In this document: in pieces, positions 1 through 10,496 of the stretch | How the letters are laid out: every line of letters starts with the position of its first letter | Position numbering within the stretch: position 1 is the stretch's first letter | Source of the DNA: Candidatus Flemingiibacterium sp. | GTDB lineage: Bacteria; Bacillota; Clostridia; Oscillospirales; CAG-272 | Direction: 5' to 3' | Length of the DNA stretch: 64,000 nucleotides | NCBI GenBank assembly: GCA_045636145.1 | Contig: JAZTWV010000045.1 | Location: 5,800-69,799 of the forward strand | Translations under genes and position numbers: made by a program | Notes under the pieces: generated by a model | What the model was told of the DNA's origin: nothing | Database searches by the model: none | Seen by the model: only the letters and a program-made list of their open reading frames with translations

Positions 1-99
1 TCCATAATTATACTTCTGTGCGCGCTTGGCGTTATCGTCACGTTCCGTGAAAACAGAGCGCGCCGCAAAATGCAGGATAACGGAAAGGAAACAAAATGA
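1..99 (+). CDS. 3' end of an upstream membrane protein (partial; possibly YybS/DUF2232 family by position before gdpP)
   Basis: Frame 1 is open from the window start (SIIILLCALGVIVTFRENRARRKMQDNGKETK*): a hydrophobic stretch plus basic tail. Its TGA overlaps the gdpP ATG (ATGA). Family is inferred from synteny only. Confidence 0.6.
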   Translation, partial: SIIILLCALGVIVTFRENRARRKMQDNGKETK

Positions 100-2138
100 G
101 CCACAAAAACAAATATGATAAAAAGCCGCTTGTATTTTCGCGGCGAGTAATGATCGTGCTTATCGTTGCTGTATTCTTCTTTGCTCTCTACGGCGTGCTC
201 ATGCATTTTTCCGAGCTTGACGCCCTTACTGTCGGTGGAGTTATGCTTGTATGCCTTGTTTTGGCTGAATTTACAGCACTTAAGCTTTACGGCTTTTTCA
301 GCTTCCGCATGGCTGATCCCGACGATGAAAAGCTGTCACCCATACTTGGGAATATTACGCTTGATTTTATACTTAAGCTGTATCTTCCCGTGGTTATATG
401 CGATGAATCGGGAAAGATCATATGGTACAACAACGCATTCACAGGTGCCGCAAATCCAAGGGAAGTGCTGTATGCCAAGTATATAGACAGTGTTGCGGAC
501 GTTACAATCGACCGCATTCTTGAAGATACATCCGCATCCCCCGATGACATAACCTATCCCGACGGTGTGGAGGCGGTTGCATATGACCGTGTATTCCGCA
601 TTAAAGGCTATAAAATAACCTCTCAGGGAAAGAATTATATAATCACCGTATGGAACGAGCGCACTGAGCTAAAACAGCTTGCAAAGCGACTTTCCGACGA
701 GGAGACAATCATTGCCTATGTTATGATTGATAATCTTGATGAGCTTATGCAGTTCGTTCAGGAGAAGTACCGCGCGGCGGCGGCACAGGTTGAGGCTATT
801 CTTAAAGAATGGGCTGATTCTGTTGGCGGTATTCTTAAGGAATACGAGCGCGACAAGTTTATATTCCTGTTTGAAGCGCGTTACCTTGATGAGTTCATTG
901 AACGAAAATTCGATGTGCTTGACCGAATCCGCGAGGTTCGGATCGGTGAGGGAAGTATGCCTGTTACCGTTTCTATCGGTATATCCCGTGTTAAGGGCAG
1001 TCTTGCCGACAAGGACCGCGATGCACACGCATCTCTCGATCTTGCGCTTCAGCGCGGCGGCGATCAGGTGGTGGTTAAAAACACCCACAATACAGAATTT
1101 TACGGTGGACGCACAAAGACCGTACAAAAACGTACAAAGGTTCGTGCCAGAGTTATTGCAAATCAGCTTTCACTTTGTATGGCAAAGGCAAACAATGTGC
1201 TTATCATGGGTCACAAGAACCCTGACTACGATTCAATCGGTGCGTGTATCGGTATCGCCCGACTTGCCATGTTCTGCGGCGTAAAAGCCAATATTGTGGC
1301 AGACCGCGAGGATGCCAATATAAAGAGTGCGATTGCACGTGTAGCACCGCTTCCCGAATATTCCGATATATTTGTTGACAGCATAACCGGGCAGGATATG
1401 ATACATTCGGACACGCTTCTTGTTATAGTTGACGTTAATAATCCCGTGCAGTTTGAAGCTCCCGATATTGCTGACAACGTAGGCATGATCGCCATAATCG
1501 ACCATCACAGAAAGACGGGCGATTATAAGCATGAGCCGGCTATCTCCTATATTGAGCCGTCCGCATCCTCTGCCTGCGAGCTTGTTTCGGAAATGCTTGA
1601 ACAGGCACTCCCCATCGGCGGACTTCACCGAGAGGAAGCTGACGCGCTTTATGCAGGTATGCTTCTTGATACAAAGCAGTTCTCCCGCAATACGGGTGTA
1701 AGAACCTTCAGTGCCGCGCTTTATCTGCGTTCTGAGGGAGCAAATCCCACCGAGGTACAGTGGTTCTTTAAATCAGGACTTGAAGATTTCATGAGAGAAG
1801 CGAAATTCTCCATGAATGTTGTCACATACCGTCAGATGTTTGCTATTTCCATGAGCGACAGCGACGGCGCGCCTCAAGATCGCGTGGCGGCGGCAAAGGC
1901 GGCGGACAAGCTGCTTTCCGTAAGCGGCGTTATGGCAAGCTTTGCGCTTGTTCAGATTGATGACAGCGTGCATATATCAGCTCGCTCCGCAGGAAATATA
2001 AACGTACAGCTTATACTTGAAAAGATGGGCGGCGGAGGATATTACGAGGCGGCAGGCGCATTCTTAAAGGATGTGTCCATGACCTCGGCACTGACGGCAC
2101 TTAAAGATGCAATAGACGATTATATGAAGAAAAATTAA
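96..2138 (+). CDS. gdpP: Cyclic-di-AMP phosphodiesterase GdpP/YybT (2 TM, PAS-like, degenerate GGDEF, DHH/DHHA1)
   Basis: Two N-terminal TM helices, RGGDQVVVK, GHKNPDYDSIG, DHHR, SSACELV and SARS motifs; classic position upstream of rplI-dnaB. Confidence 0.93.
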   Translation: MSHKNKYDKKPLVFSRRVMIVLIVAVFFFALYGVLMHFSELDALTVGGVMLVCLVLAEFTALKLYGFFSFRMADPDDEKLSPILGNITLDFILKLYLPVVICDESGKIIWYNNAFTGAANPREVLYAKYIDSVADVTIDRILEDTSASPDDITYPDGVEAVAYDRVFRIKGYKITSQGKNYIITVWNERTELKQLAKRLSDEETIIAYVMIDNLDELMQFVQEKYRAAAAQVEAILKEWADSVGGILKEYERDKFIFLFEARYLDEFIERKFDVLDRIREVRIGEGSMPVTVSIGISRVKGSLADKDRDAHASLDLALQRGGDQVVVKNTHNTEFYGGRTKTVQKRTKVRARVIANQLSLCMAKANNVLIMGHKNPDYDSIGACIGIARLAMFCGVKANIVADREDANIKSAIARVAPLPEYSDIFVDSITGQDMIHSDTLLVIVDVNNPVQFEAPDIADNVGMIAIIDHHRKTGDYKHEPAISYIEPSASSACELVSEMLEQALPIGGLHREEADALYAGMLLDTKQFSRNTGVRTFSAALYLRSEGANPTEVQWFFKSGLEDFMREAKFSMNVVTYRQMFAISMSDSDGAPQDRVAAAKAADKLLSVSGVMASFALVQIDDSVHISARSAGNINVQLILEKMGGGGYYEAAGAFLKDVSMTSALTALKDAIDDYMKKN

Positions 2139-2179
2139 GATTAGGTAGAAGAGTTACACACAAATAAGGAGTAAATAAA

Positions 2180-2629
2180 ATGAAAGTTGTATTGACACAG
2201 GATGTAAAATCTCAGGGCAAAAAGGGCCAGCTTATAAATGTTTCCGACGGATATGCACGTAATTTCCTGCTTCCCAAGGGACTTGCGATCATTGCCGACA
2301 ACAAGGCGCTTAACGAGATCAAGGGACGCGAGGAATCCGAAAAGCATAAGCGCGAGGTAGAGCTTCAGAATGCCAAGGACACTGCGGCAAAGCTTGAAAC
2401 TGTGGTTATTAAGCTCTCCGCAAAACCCGGTAAGGACGGCACTATCTACGGCTCCGTTACCACAAAGGACATCGCTGATGAACTTGCCGCACAGGCTGAT
2501 ATTACCGTTGACAAGCGTAAGATCATGCTTGATAATCCGCTTAAGACCTTCGGTATGCATACGGTTGAAGTAAAGCTTCATGCGCAGGTGGTAGGCAAGA
2601 TCAACGTTCTTGTGAACGAAGAAAAGTAA
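2180..2629 (+). CDS. rplI: 50S ribosomal protein L9
   Basis: [34 protein letters not shown] signature; RBS AAGGAG upstream. Confidence 0.98.
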   Translation: MKVVLTQDVKSQGKKGQLINVSDGYARNFLLPKGLAIIADNKALNEIKGREESEKHKREVELQNAKDTAAKLETVVIKLSAKPGKDGTIYGSVTTKDIADELAAQADITVDKRKIMLDNPLKTFGMHTVEVKLHAQVVGKINVLVNEEK

Positions 2630-2631
2630 TC

Positions 2632-3978
2632 ATGGCTGACAATATTACCGCTCGTAAGCTCCCCTTTTCTCTTGAAGCGGAGCAGTCGGTGCTCGGTTCG
2701 ATTCTAATTGACCCGGAATGCTTTAATGCTATTGCGGGCATACTGAAAAGTGAGGATTTTTACCTTGACGAGCACTCGCAGATATATCTTGCAATGCAGG
2801 ATATGTATATTAAAAACCGCGATATTGATATAGTTACGCTCATAGATACCTTGGTGCACCGCGGCGTGTATGACGAAAATAACAGCAAGTCCTACATAAA
2901 GCTGATTGCGGATGTTGTTCCGTCAGCGGCTAATGTGGAGGACTATGCACGCATTGTTAAGGATAAGAGCCTGCTTCACAGTCTTATTACCGCTTCTGAG
3001 GAAATTTCGGAATCGGCGTACAGTGCTGAGGACGAGGTATCGCATATACTGGGCAATGCTGAACAGAAGATATTTGCAATTGCCGAGGGCAATGAGCAGA
3101 AAGGCTTCACACATATCCGTGAGGTGCTTGTTCAGACCTACGAGCATCTTCATCAGCTTCAGACAAACCGTGCAGATACTATTGGTACTCCCACAGGCTT
3201 CGGCGACCTTGATAAGGTGCTGGTGGGCATGGGAAAGAGCGATATGATAATTGTCGGTGCACGTCCCGGTGTGGGTAAGACCTCGTTTGTTTTAAATATT
3301 GCTTCCAATGTGGCGCGCGAGTCAAAAAAAGCTGTGTGCATCTTCTCTCTTGAAATGTCGGCACAGCAGCTTGTGTCCCGTCTGCTTTCAAGCGAGGCAC
3401 TTGTGGACAGCCACAATATCCGTTCAGGTGAGCTTACCGATGAGGATTGGACAAAGCTTGCCCATGCATCTGCCACGCTGTCGGAATGCGATATCTTAAT
3501 TGACGATACCACCGGAATTACAGCAACAGGCATGAAAGCAAAGCTTCGCCGTGTGAAGAATCTGGGCCTTGTGGTTATTGACTATCTGCAGCTTATGCAA
3601 AGTGACCGCAGGATCGATAACCGTGTTCAGGAAGTAAGTGATATATCGAGAAATCTTAAGCTTCTTGCAAAGGAGCTTATGGTTCCCGTGATATGCTGCG
3701 CACAGCTGTCCCGTAATCCGGAATCCCGTAAGGGAAACGATAAAATGCCTATGCTTTCTGACCTTCGCGATTCGGGTGCAATTGAGCAGGATGCGGATAT
3801 AATCATGTTCCTGTCCCGTGACTATTATCAGACCGACCCCGAGAAGCAGAATGTTGCCGATGTTGTGGTGGCAAAGAACCGTCACGGCTCAACCGGTACT
3901 ATTCCTATGGGATGGTTCGGTCAGTACACCAAGTTTACTTCTCTCGCTCCGGACGGTACTGCCGAAGCACCTATGTGA
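2632..3978 (+). CDS. dnaB: Replicative DNA helicase (DnaB/DnaC family)
   Basis: PFSLEAEQSVLG N-terminus, Walker A GARPGVGKT, SLEMS, IDYLQLM, QLSR, SDLRDSGAIEQDAD, KNRHG. Confidence 0.98.
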   Translation: MADNITARKLPFSLEAEQSVLGSILIDPECFNAIAGILKSEDFYLDEHSQIYLAMQDMYIKNRDIDIVTLIDTLVHRGVYDENNSKSYIKLIADVVPSAANVEDYARIVKDKSLLHSLITASEEISESAYSAEDEVSHILGNAEQKIFAIAEGNEQKGFTHIREVLVQTYEHLHQLQTNRADTIGTPTGFGDLDKVLVGMGKSDMIIVGARPGVGKTSFVLNIASNVARESKKAVCIFSLEMSAQQLVSRLLSSEALVDSHNIRSGELTDEDWTKLAHASATLSECDILIDDTTGITATGMKAKLRRVKNLGLVVIDYLQLMQSDRRIDNRVQEVSDISRNLKLLAKELMVPVICCAQLSRNPESRKGNDKMPMLSDLRDSGAIEQDADIIMFLSRDYYQTDPEKQNVADVVVAKNRHGSTGTIPMGWFGQYTKFTSLAPDGTAEAPM

Positions 3979-3988
3979 TGAATTTCAG

Positions 3989-5404
3989 ATGAAGCAGAAA
4001 TTTGATTTATATGCCGAGGCTCTGAAAACCATAGATGAGTGTTCTATGCTTGATTCGGAGAGCGGTGTTCTTGTAGGGTATTCCGGCGGAGCTGATTCGT
4101 CGGCACTTCTCCATATTTTGGGGCGTGTGTGCCGTGAGCGCGGACTTGATATTCATGCAGTTCATGTTCATCACGGTATACGCGGTGCTGAAGCAGACCG
4201 CGATGCGGAATTTTGCAGAGAACAGTGCCAAAAGCTTGGTGTACCGTTTACTGTTCGCTATGCCGACATACCGCGCCTTGCAAAGGATAGCGGTAAAGGT
4301 ATTGAGGAGACGGCGCGTGAATACAGATATGCGGCGTTTGCCGAGATAATTTCCCAGAGCGAGAGTCTTACCTGCATTGCAACGGCACACAATGCCGATG
4401 ATAATGCGGAGACGGTGATTTTTAATCTTGCCCGCGGAAGCGGACTCGGCGGACTTCGCGGTATTCCGCCTGTTCGTACAGATTCAGGTATCAGGGTAAT
4501 AAGACCGCTTATCGGTGCCGCGAAAAGCGATATTTTGGGATATTGCGAGGAAAACGGCATAGAATATATATTTGACAGCACTAATGATGACACCGCTTAT
4601 ACGCGCAACTATATACGGCATGAGATAATTCCATCACTGCGGAGGATGAATCCCTCGGTGATTGATACTGTTTTTCGTATGTCATGCAGTCTCAGATGTG
4701 ACAGCAACTATATTGAGACCCAAGCGAAGTTGTTTGCCGATTCGTATGTGAAAAAAGGCAAAATAAAGGCAGAACTTATTGCAGATGCCCATGAAGCAAT
4801 TGCTTCAAGAGTCATTTTGGCAATGTATTCTGCCGCCGGCGGACGCTCACTTGAGCGCGTACACATTAAAGACGTGCTGAAGCTTGCCAAAAACGGCAAA
4901 AACGGTTCTTCGGTTTCCCTCACAGGCGGAGTACGGGCTAAAATCGAGAATGGAGACCTGTTTTTTACAAATGCACCTGATACAGAGGCCTTCGAGTTTC
5001 AAATGGAGCTTAAACCGGGCATAAACCGCTTTGAATCACCGGATTTTGCGATTTATGTCGCAAACGGGGATATATCCCGCCAGGATTTACAAAAAGATAA
5101 CGAAACCCTGCAAAATATTTACAAATTATCAATACTCATGCAGGTAAATTCTGATAAAATAAATCGTGTGCTTGTTGCGCGCTCCCGTCGCGACGGTGAT
5201 TCCTACGTTTTTGGCGGAATGACAAGGAAGCTGAAGAAGCTTTACAATGACAGGGGGATCAGCATAGAGCGCCGAATCAAAACTCCCGTAATTTGTGACG
5301 GTGATGGAATTGTTTGGGTTCCCGGATTCCCTGTTGCTGACCGGATAAAGGACGGCGGCGGAATCACACTTATATATTATTACAACGGAGAAGAAAATGA
5401 ATAA
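3989..5404 (+). CDS. tilS: tRNA(Ile)-lysidine synthetase
   Basis: PP-loop YSGGADS, HVHHGIRG, ATAHNADDNAET, IRPL, RNYIRH and a TilS C-terminal domain. Start moved to ATG 3989, just after the dnaB stop. Confidence 0.95.
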   Translation: MKQKFDLYAEALKTIDECSMLDSESGVLVGYSGGADSSALLHILGRVCRERGLDIHAVHVHHGIRGAEADRDAEFCREQCQKLGVPFTVRYADIPRLAKDSGKGIEETAREYRYAAFAEIISQSESLTCIATAHNADDNAETVIFNLARGSGLGGLRGIPPVRTDSGIRVIRPLIGAAKSDILGYCEENGIEYIFDSTNDDTAYTRNYIRHEIIPSLRRMNPSVIDTVFRMSCSLRCDSNYIETQAKLFADSYVKKGKIKAELIADAHEAIASRVILAMYSAAGGRSLERVHIKDVLKLAKNGKNGSSVSLTGGVRAKIENGDLFFTNAPDTEAFEFQMELKPGINRFESPDFAIYVANGDISRQDLQKDNETLQNIYKLSILMQVNSDKINRVLVARSRRDGDSYVFGGMTRKLKKLYNDRGISIERRIKTPVICDGDGIVWVPGFPVADRIKDGGGITLIYYYNGEENE

Positions 5405-5939
5405 CGACATAAAAAGCATACTTGTCAGCGAGGAAGAATGCCAGAATATTGTTTCTCGCATAGCACAAAAGATAAGTCAGGACTACAACGGAAAAAGACT
5501 GCTTCTCGTTTGTATTCTCAAAGGCTCTGTGGTATTTATGGGCGATCTTATGAAAAAGATCGGCATTCCCGTTGAGATAGACTTCATGAAGGTTTCTTCT
5601 TACGGCCGTTCCACAAAGTCTGGCGGATCTATAAATATTATTCTTGATCTCTACCGCTCAGATCTTCCGGAAACGGATATTCTGATCGTTGAGGATATTA
5701 TTGACAGCGGCAGGACGCTGTCGTACCTTGTAGATTATCTTAAACTAAAGGGTGCTCGCAGTGTAAAGACTGTTACCATGCTTGACAAACCGTCACGCCG
5801 CGAGGTGGATTTTACTCCCGATTACTGCGGCATGGAAATTCCGGACGAATTTGTTGTGGGATACGGGCTTGACTTTGCGGAGAAATACAGGGCTTTGCCT
5901 TACATAGGCATTCTGAAGCCCGAAGTTTATGAAAAGTAA
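5397..5939 (+). CDS. hpt: Hypoxanthine phosphoribosyltransferase
   Basis: ILKGSVVFMGDL, VSSYG, PRPP-binding IVEDIIDSGRTL, FVVGYGLD; tilS-hpt-ftsH synteny. Confidence 0.97.
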   Translation: MNNDIKSILVSEEECQNIVSRIAQKISQDYNGKRLLLVCILKGSVVFMGDLMKKIGIPVEIDFMKVSSYGRSTKSGGSINIILDLYRSDLPETDILIVEDIIDSGRTLSYLVDYLKLKGARSVKTVTMLDKPSRREVDFTPDYCGMEIPDEFVVGYGLDFAEKYRALPYIGILKPEVYEK

Positions 5940-6031
5940 TACCGGGGCTATAGTAGTAAGATAATATCTGAATCTAAAAAGTCTTTAAACAGTAAGGACT
6001 TGGCAATTATTATATTAAGATGGGGTAAGTA

Positions 6032-8023
6032 ATGAAATCAAACTACAAAATTTTGATCTTCTATGTCGTTCTGATTGGTGTGATTCTTGTTTCCACCGCT
6101 ATGCTATTTGGAAATCAGCCCGGCGAAGAAGTGATCTACAGTGACATTTACGAAGAATTTTATATTGAAAATGTCAAATCCTTTGAGATTGACAGCGACA
6201 ATAAGCTTACGCTGAACACCCACGACGGCGAGGTAAAGACATTTACTCTGCGCGATCTCGGTATGTTCTGGGATCAGTTCGGGGAGATGATCGACGAACA
6301 GCTCATTGACGGTAAGCTTGAATCCTATAATATTGCAGAGCCGCAGACTCTTCCTTGGTGGGTAGGTCTCATGCCTTATGCTATCGTCATCGTTCTGTTT
6401 ATTGTATTTTGGTTCATTCTTATGAATCAGGCAGGCGGCAGAGGCGGGAAGGTTGCCAATTTCGGCAAGGCACGTGCAAGACTTGGGGCTGATGAAAAGA
6501 AAAAGGTTTTCTTCAAGGATGTTGCCGGTGCGGATGAAGAAAAAGCTGAACTTCAGGAGGTTGTGGAATTTCTCCGCGATCCTGCAAAGTTCACAAAGCT
6601 TGGTGCTCACATACCCCACGGTGTACTGCTTGTAGGCCCTCCCGGTACAGGTAAGACCCTGCTTGCAAAAGCTGTGGCAGGTGAGGCAGGCGTTCCGTTC
6701 TATTCTATTTCCGGTTCGGACTTTGTTGAAATGTATGTCGGTGTTGGTGCATCCCGTGTACGCGACCTTTTTGATACTGCAAAGAAGAATCCGGCAAGTA
6801 TTGTATTCATTGACGAAATAGATGCAGTGGGACGTCATCGCGGAGCAGGACTCGGCGGCGGACATGATGAGCGCGAGCAAACGCTCAATCAGCTACTTGT
6901 TGAAATGGACGGCTTCGGCGCAAACGAGGGCGTTATTGTAATGGCGGCGACTAACCGTCCCGATATTCTTGACCCTGCGCTTCTCCGCCCGGGACGTTTT
7001 GACAGACAAATTACTGTAAATTACCCCGATGTTAAGGGTCGCGAAGAGATACTGAAGGTTCACGCAGGAAACAAACCTTTCGAGAATAATGTTGATCTCG
7101 GAACGCTTGCAAAAACAACCGTAGGATTTACCGGTGCTGACCTTGAAAATCTTCTTAATGAAGCGGCACTTCTTGCGGCAAGAAAGGATAAGAGCCTTAT
7201 TGGAAATGATGAGATCGAGGAAGCAACCATAAAGGTTATTGTCGGTCCCAATAAGAAGTCTAAGGTGGTACACGAGGAAGATAAGCGTATTACCGCTTAT
7301 CATGAAGCAGGTCATGCTATTGTCATGAAGAAGCTCCAGCCAAACACATCGGTACACCAGATATCCATAATTCCGGCAGGACGTGCGGCAGGATACACGC
7401 TTCCGCTTCCTATTGAGGACAGATCCCATATGTCAAAGAGCGATATGGAGCACGAGATCGTATCACTGCTTGGCGGACGTGTGGCAGAGAAGCTTATAAT
7501 CGGTGACATCTGCACGGGCGCTTCAAACGATATTCAGCGAGCTACCAACATCGCACGCAGCATGGTTACACGCTACGGCATGAGCGATCTTCTCGGACCT
7601 ATCGTGTACGGATCGGAGCATGAGGGTGACGAGGTGTTCCTCGGACGTGATTTCAACACCTCAAAGAACTATTCCGATGATACTGCATCGCTTATTGACA
7701 GCGAGATCAAGCGTCTTGTCAATACCGCGTATGATACTGCTATGGAGATTCTTTCCGAGAATGTTGACAAGCTTCATTTCGTGGCAGAGTTTCTCATGAA
7801 GAATGAGGTAATGGATGCCGATCAGTTTAATGCGGCTATGGAAGGAACTCCTACTATCGAGGAGCTTGAAGAAATGGCTGCCGAGAAGAAGCGCAGAAGT
7901 GCATCTGAAAACGAGGCTCGCGCAAAGGAAAATGAAGAAGAGCGTGCGCGCAAAGAAGCTGAGGAAGCTGCAAATCAAAACAACGACAAAAAAGATGAGT
8001 TTCCTCCGAGGATGAAAGAATAG
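6032..8023 (+). CDS. ftsH: ATP-dependent zinc metalloprotease FtsH
   Basis: Two TM helices, [17 protein letters not shown], second region of homology [24 protein letters not shown] zinc motif, GASND. Confidence 0.98.
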   Translation: MKSNYKILIFYVVLIGVILVSTAMLFGNQPGEEVIYSDIYEEFYIENVKSFEIDSDNKLTLNTHDGEVKTFTLRDLGMFWDQFGEMIDEQLIDGKLESYNIAEPQTLPWWVGLMPYAIVIVLFIVFWFILMNQAGGRGGKVANFGKARARLGADEKKKVFFKDVAGADEEKAELQEVVEFLRDPAKFTKLGAHIPHGVLLVGPPGTGKTLLAKAVAGEAGVPFYSISGSDFVEMYVGVGASRVRDLFDTAKKNPASIVFIDEIDAVGRHRGAGLGGGHDEREQTLNQLLVEMDGFGANEGVIVMAATNRPDILDPALLRPGRFDRQITVNYPDVKGREEILKVHAGNKPFENNVDLGTLAKTTVGFTGADLENLLNEAALLAARKDKSLIGNDEIEEATIKVIVGPNKKSKVVHEEDKRITAYHEAGHAIVMKKLQPNTSVHQISIIPAGRAAGYTLPLPIEDRSHMSKSDMEHEIVSLLGGRVAEKLIIGDICTGASNDIQRATNIARSMVTRYGMSDLLGPIVYGSEHEGDEVFLGRDFNTSKNYSDDTASLIDSEIKRLVNTAYDTAMEILSENVDKLHFVAEFLMKNEVMDADQFNAAMEGTPTIEELEEMAAEKKRRSASENEARAKENEEERARKEAEEAANQNNDKKDEFPPRMKE

Positions 8024-8088
8024 AAATATTTTATCGGCGGGGTATTAACCTCGCCGATGTCTATTGTTTTTAGAAAGGAAGAACAACT

Positions 8089-8976
8089 ATGGATACGCAA
8101 ATTAAGACCGCCCGTGCCAGCGCAGTGTGCTCTACTCTTGGCGGCGAGCTTATTTCCTATAAGCTTAATGGCAAGGAATATGTATGGGAGGGTATTCCCG
8201 AATATTGGGCAGGACATTCTCCGGTGCTTTTTCCCACTGTTGGCGCCAACATTGATGAAAGTGTAAAATTCGGAGGAGTGGCATACCCCCTGAAGAAGCA
8301 CGGTTTTGCCCGCAAGATGGAATTTACTCTTCTCGAGGCAGAAAATGACAGGCTGGTATACCTCCTTACCGATTCTGCTGAAACTAAAAAGGTATATCCC
8401 TACAAGTTCCGTTTGCTCATCACCCATAAGATCACCGACGAAGGATTTACTACAGAGTTTAAGGTGGTTAATACCGACGATAAGCCTATCGTATTCTGCA
8501 TAGGCGGTCATCCCGGATTCCGCTGTCCTATTAACGATGGCGAGAAATTCTCGGACTATAAGCTTGTATTTGAGAAGATTGAGGACGAGGAAGTTATATA
8601 TACAACCAATTACGGCGGAGGATACATTGACAAGTCCCTTCCTGCTGTTGACAAGCTTAAGAACACCAATGAGTGGGAGCTGACGCACGAGGATTACGAC
8701 GTGGACGTGCTTCTTACAAAGAAGCTTAAGAGCCGCAAGGTAAAGCTGGTACATAAAGTAACCGGTAAGGGCTTAGAGCTTGACTTTGACGGCTTTAACG
8801 CTCTCGGTGTTTGGACTCCTCCTAAAAAGAAGGCACCTTTTGTATGCATTGAGCCTTGGAACGGTCTGCCGGCCCACCTTGATGAAACAAGCAATTTTGA
8901 GGATAAGCCTTATGCTATCACTCTCCCTGTTGGCGCGGAGTATTCCGTAGGCTACAAGGTTAAGATTATCGACTGA
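8089..8976 (+). CDS. Aldose 1-epimerase family protein (LacX-like)
   Basis: GGELIS, W..HSPVLFPTVG, KHGFAR, GGHPGF and FVCIEPW motifs. Confidence 0.88.
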   Translation: MDTQIKTARASAVCSTLGGELISYKLNGKEYVWEGIPEYWAGHSPVLFPTVGANIDESVKFGGVAYPLKKHGFARKMEFTLLEAENDRLVYLLTDSAETKKVYPYKFRLLITHKITDEGFTTEFKVVNTDDKPIVFCIGGHPGFRCPINDGEKFSDYKLVFEKIEDEEVIYTTNYGGGYIDKSLPAVDKLKNTNEWELTHEDYDVDVLLTKKLKSRKVKLVHKVTGKGLELDFDGFNALGVWTPPKKKAPFVCIEPWNGLPAHLDETSNFEDKPYAITLPVGAEYSVGYKVKIID

Positions 8977-8991
8977 GCAAAATAGAGAAGT

Positions 8992-9019
8992 ACGACGCCG
9001 AATACAGCTTCGGCGGCGT
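8992..9019. terminator. Hairpin between convergent genes (probable bidirectional terminator)
   Basis: ACGACGCCGAA / TTCGGCGGCGT imperfect inverted repeat. Confidence 0.55.
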
Positions 9020-9030
9020 GTTCCGTATTT

Positions 9031-9681
9031 CTATTCAAGAATCTGTTTTTCAAGCGCAGGGGCAGTCGACACTGTGTTTTTTGCACCGTGACCCCGGAGA
9101 AATTCGGCATCTCTGAATCCCCAATCTACGCTGATACAGTCAAGTCCTGCGTTTTTTGCTGTTTCTATATCAACATCGGAGTCGCCTATGTATACGGCAT
9201 CTTTCGGAGAAACGGAAAGCTTCTCTAATATGTACATAACGCCGTTTGGTGCAGGCTTTCTCGGCACACCTGCTTTTTCGCCGCAGGCGATATGGAATAA
9301 TCCGGGGAAATACCGCTCGCACAGTGCCTTTGCAGGGGCATCAGGCTTGTTTGAGAGAACTGCCGTCATGCATCCTGCGGCGCGCAGATTGGTCAGCATA
9401 TCTATGATTCCGGGATACGGGCGTGTTTTTATATCGGAGTGCGTAGCGTAATATTCCTGGTAGTCACCAAGCACTTTGTCTGCGGTATCCGATGGGCTTC
9501 CCGCAAGAACGGCGCGTTCTATAAGCAGTCTTGCGCCGTTCCCAACAAAATTTCGTATTTCTTCAACAGTTCTCATCGGCATAGTATTTTTTATAAGTGC
9601 ATGATTTACCGAATCTGTTAGGTCTTCAAGTGTATCAAGAATAGTGCCGTCAAGGTCGAATATGGCAAGCTTGTATGACAT
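9031..9681 (-). CDS. HAD-superfamily hydrolase (phosphoglycolate phosphatase-like)
   Basis: Motif I FDLDGTILDT, LSNK, KPAP, YIGDSDVD. Start placed at MSYKLAIF. Confidence 0.9.
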   Translation of the reverse strand: MSYKLAIFDLDGTILDTLEDLTDSVNHALIKNTMPMRTVEEIRNFVGNGARLLIERAVLAGSPSDTADKVLGDYQEYYATHSDIKTRPYPGIIDMLTNLRAAGCMTAVLSNKPDAPAKALCERYFPGLFHIACGEKAGVPRKPAPNGVMYILEKLSVSPKDAVYIGDSDVDIETAKNAGLDCISVDWGFRDAEFLRGHGAKNTVSTAPALEKQILE

Positions 9682-9763
9682 TTTTCTAACTCCCCGTAAA
9701 TTTACTGATATCAATTATACCATTTTATTCTTATTTTGTAAATAGTAAAGGGGAAATATTGTA

Positions 9764-9792
9764 TTGACTTTTCCCTCGTTATATGCTACAAT
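9764..9792 (+). promoter_or_regulatory. Sigma-A promoter (extended -10)
   Basis: TTGACT(9764)-17 bp-TACAAT(9787) with TGn. Confidence 0.65.
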
Positions 9793-9829
9793 GTACGAAG
9801 TCAATTTTTGTGGTCTGGAGAAGGATTAT

Positions 9830-10417
9830 ATGCCAAAGAAAAAGCTTGAAAAATATGTTCGCACTGCGGACATGGGCGATAAGGCGGCTAGCACCTTTGT
9901 AAACTACGGTGTAAAAAAGAAGCCGGAGGGGAAGTACAAACTTTCGCGTATACTTATGATTATAGGATATGTGGTGTTTGCTCTGGCATACTTCTTGCTT
10001 TTTACTACAATGAATATTCTGCCGATCATTGCGCTTCTTCCTGTACTTACATGGATACTTATATTCTTTACATGGAGATTTGTTGAAGTTGAGTATGAAT
10101 ACTACATACTTGACGGCGAATTTAAACTCATAGAGGTGTACGGCGCAAAAAGTATGCGTGAGCTTTGCCGTGTGCGTATAAGTGCCATGGATGTTATTGC
10201 TCCGTACAGGGGTGAAAACAAGCCAAAGGCAGATGCATTTGATGAAAAGGACCGTATATGCGGTGTTTCTTCAATGGATAATCCCGACATCTATTATGCC
10301 GTATTTAAAGATGAGAGCGGAGCTTCTCGCGCAGTATTCTTTGAAGCCACTGAAAAGACACTGAAGGTAATAAAATATTACAAGTCGGACGTTGAAATCG
10401 TTAAGACCACCCATTAA
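9830..10417 (+). CDS. Hypothetical membrane protein (2 TM + soluble domain; DUF6106-like)
   Basis: RBS GGAG/AAGGA before ATG 9830; two TM helices followed by VEYEY..DGE and a VFFE motif. Family is tentative. Confidence 0.7.
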   Translation: MPKKKLEKYVRTADMGDKAASTFVNYGVKKKPEGKYKLSRILMIIGYVVFALAYFLLFTTMNILPIIALLPVLTWILIFFTWRFVEVEYEYYILDGEFKLIEVYGAKSMRELCRVRISAMDVIAPYRGENKPKADAFDEKDRICGVSSMDNPDIYYAVFKDESGASRAVFFEATEKTLKVIKYYKSDVEIVKTTH

Positions 10418-10422
10418 AAATG

Positions 10423-10454
10423 AAAGTCGCCTGCACAAACGTGCAGGCGGCTTT
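10423..10454. terminator. Bidirectional intrinsic terminator
   Basis: AAAGTCGCCTGCAC / GTGCAGGCGGCTTT between convergent genes. Confidence 0.75.
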
Positions 10455-10496
10455 GCGTATTGATTGCTGAAATATAGCACAAAACTATATATTCTA

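Noticed and set aside
3818-3988. 57-codon N-terminal extension of tilS overlapping dnaB
   Set aside because: No similarity to TilS; the ATG at 3989 directly follows the dnaB stop.
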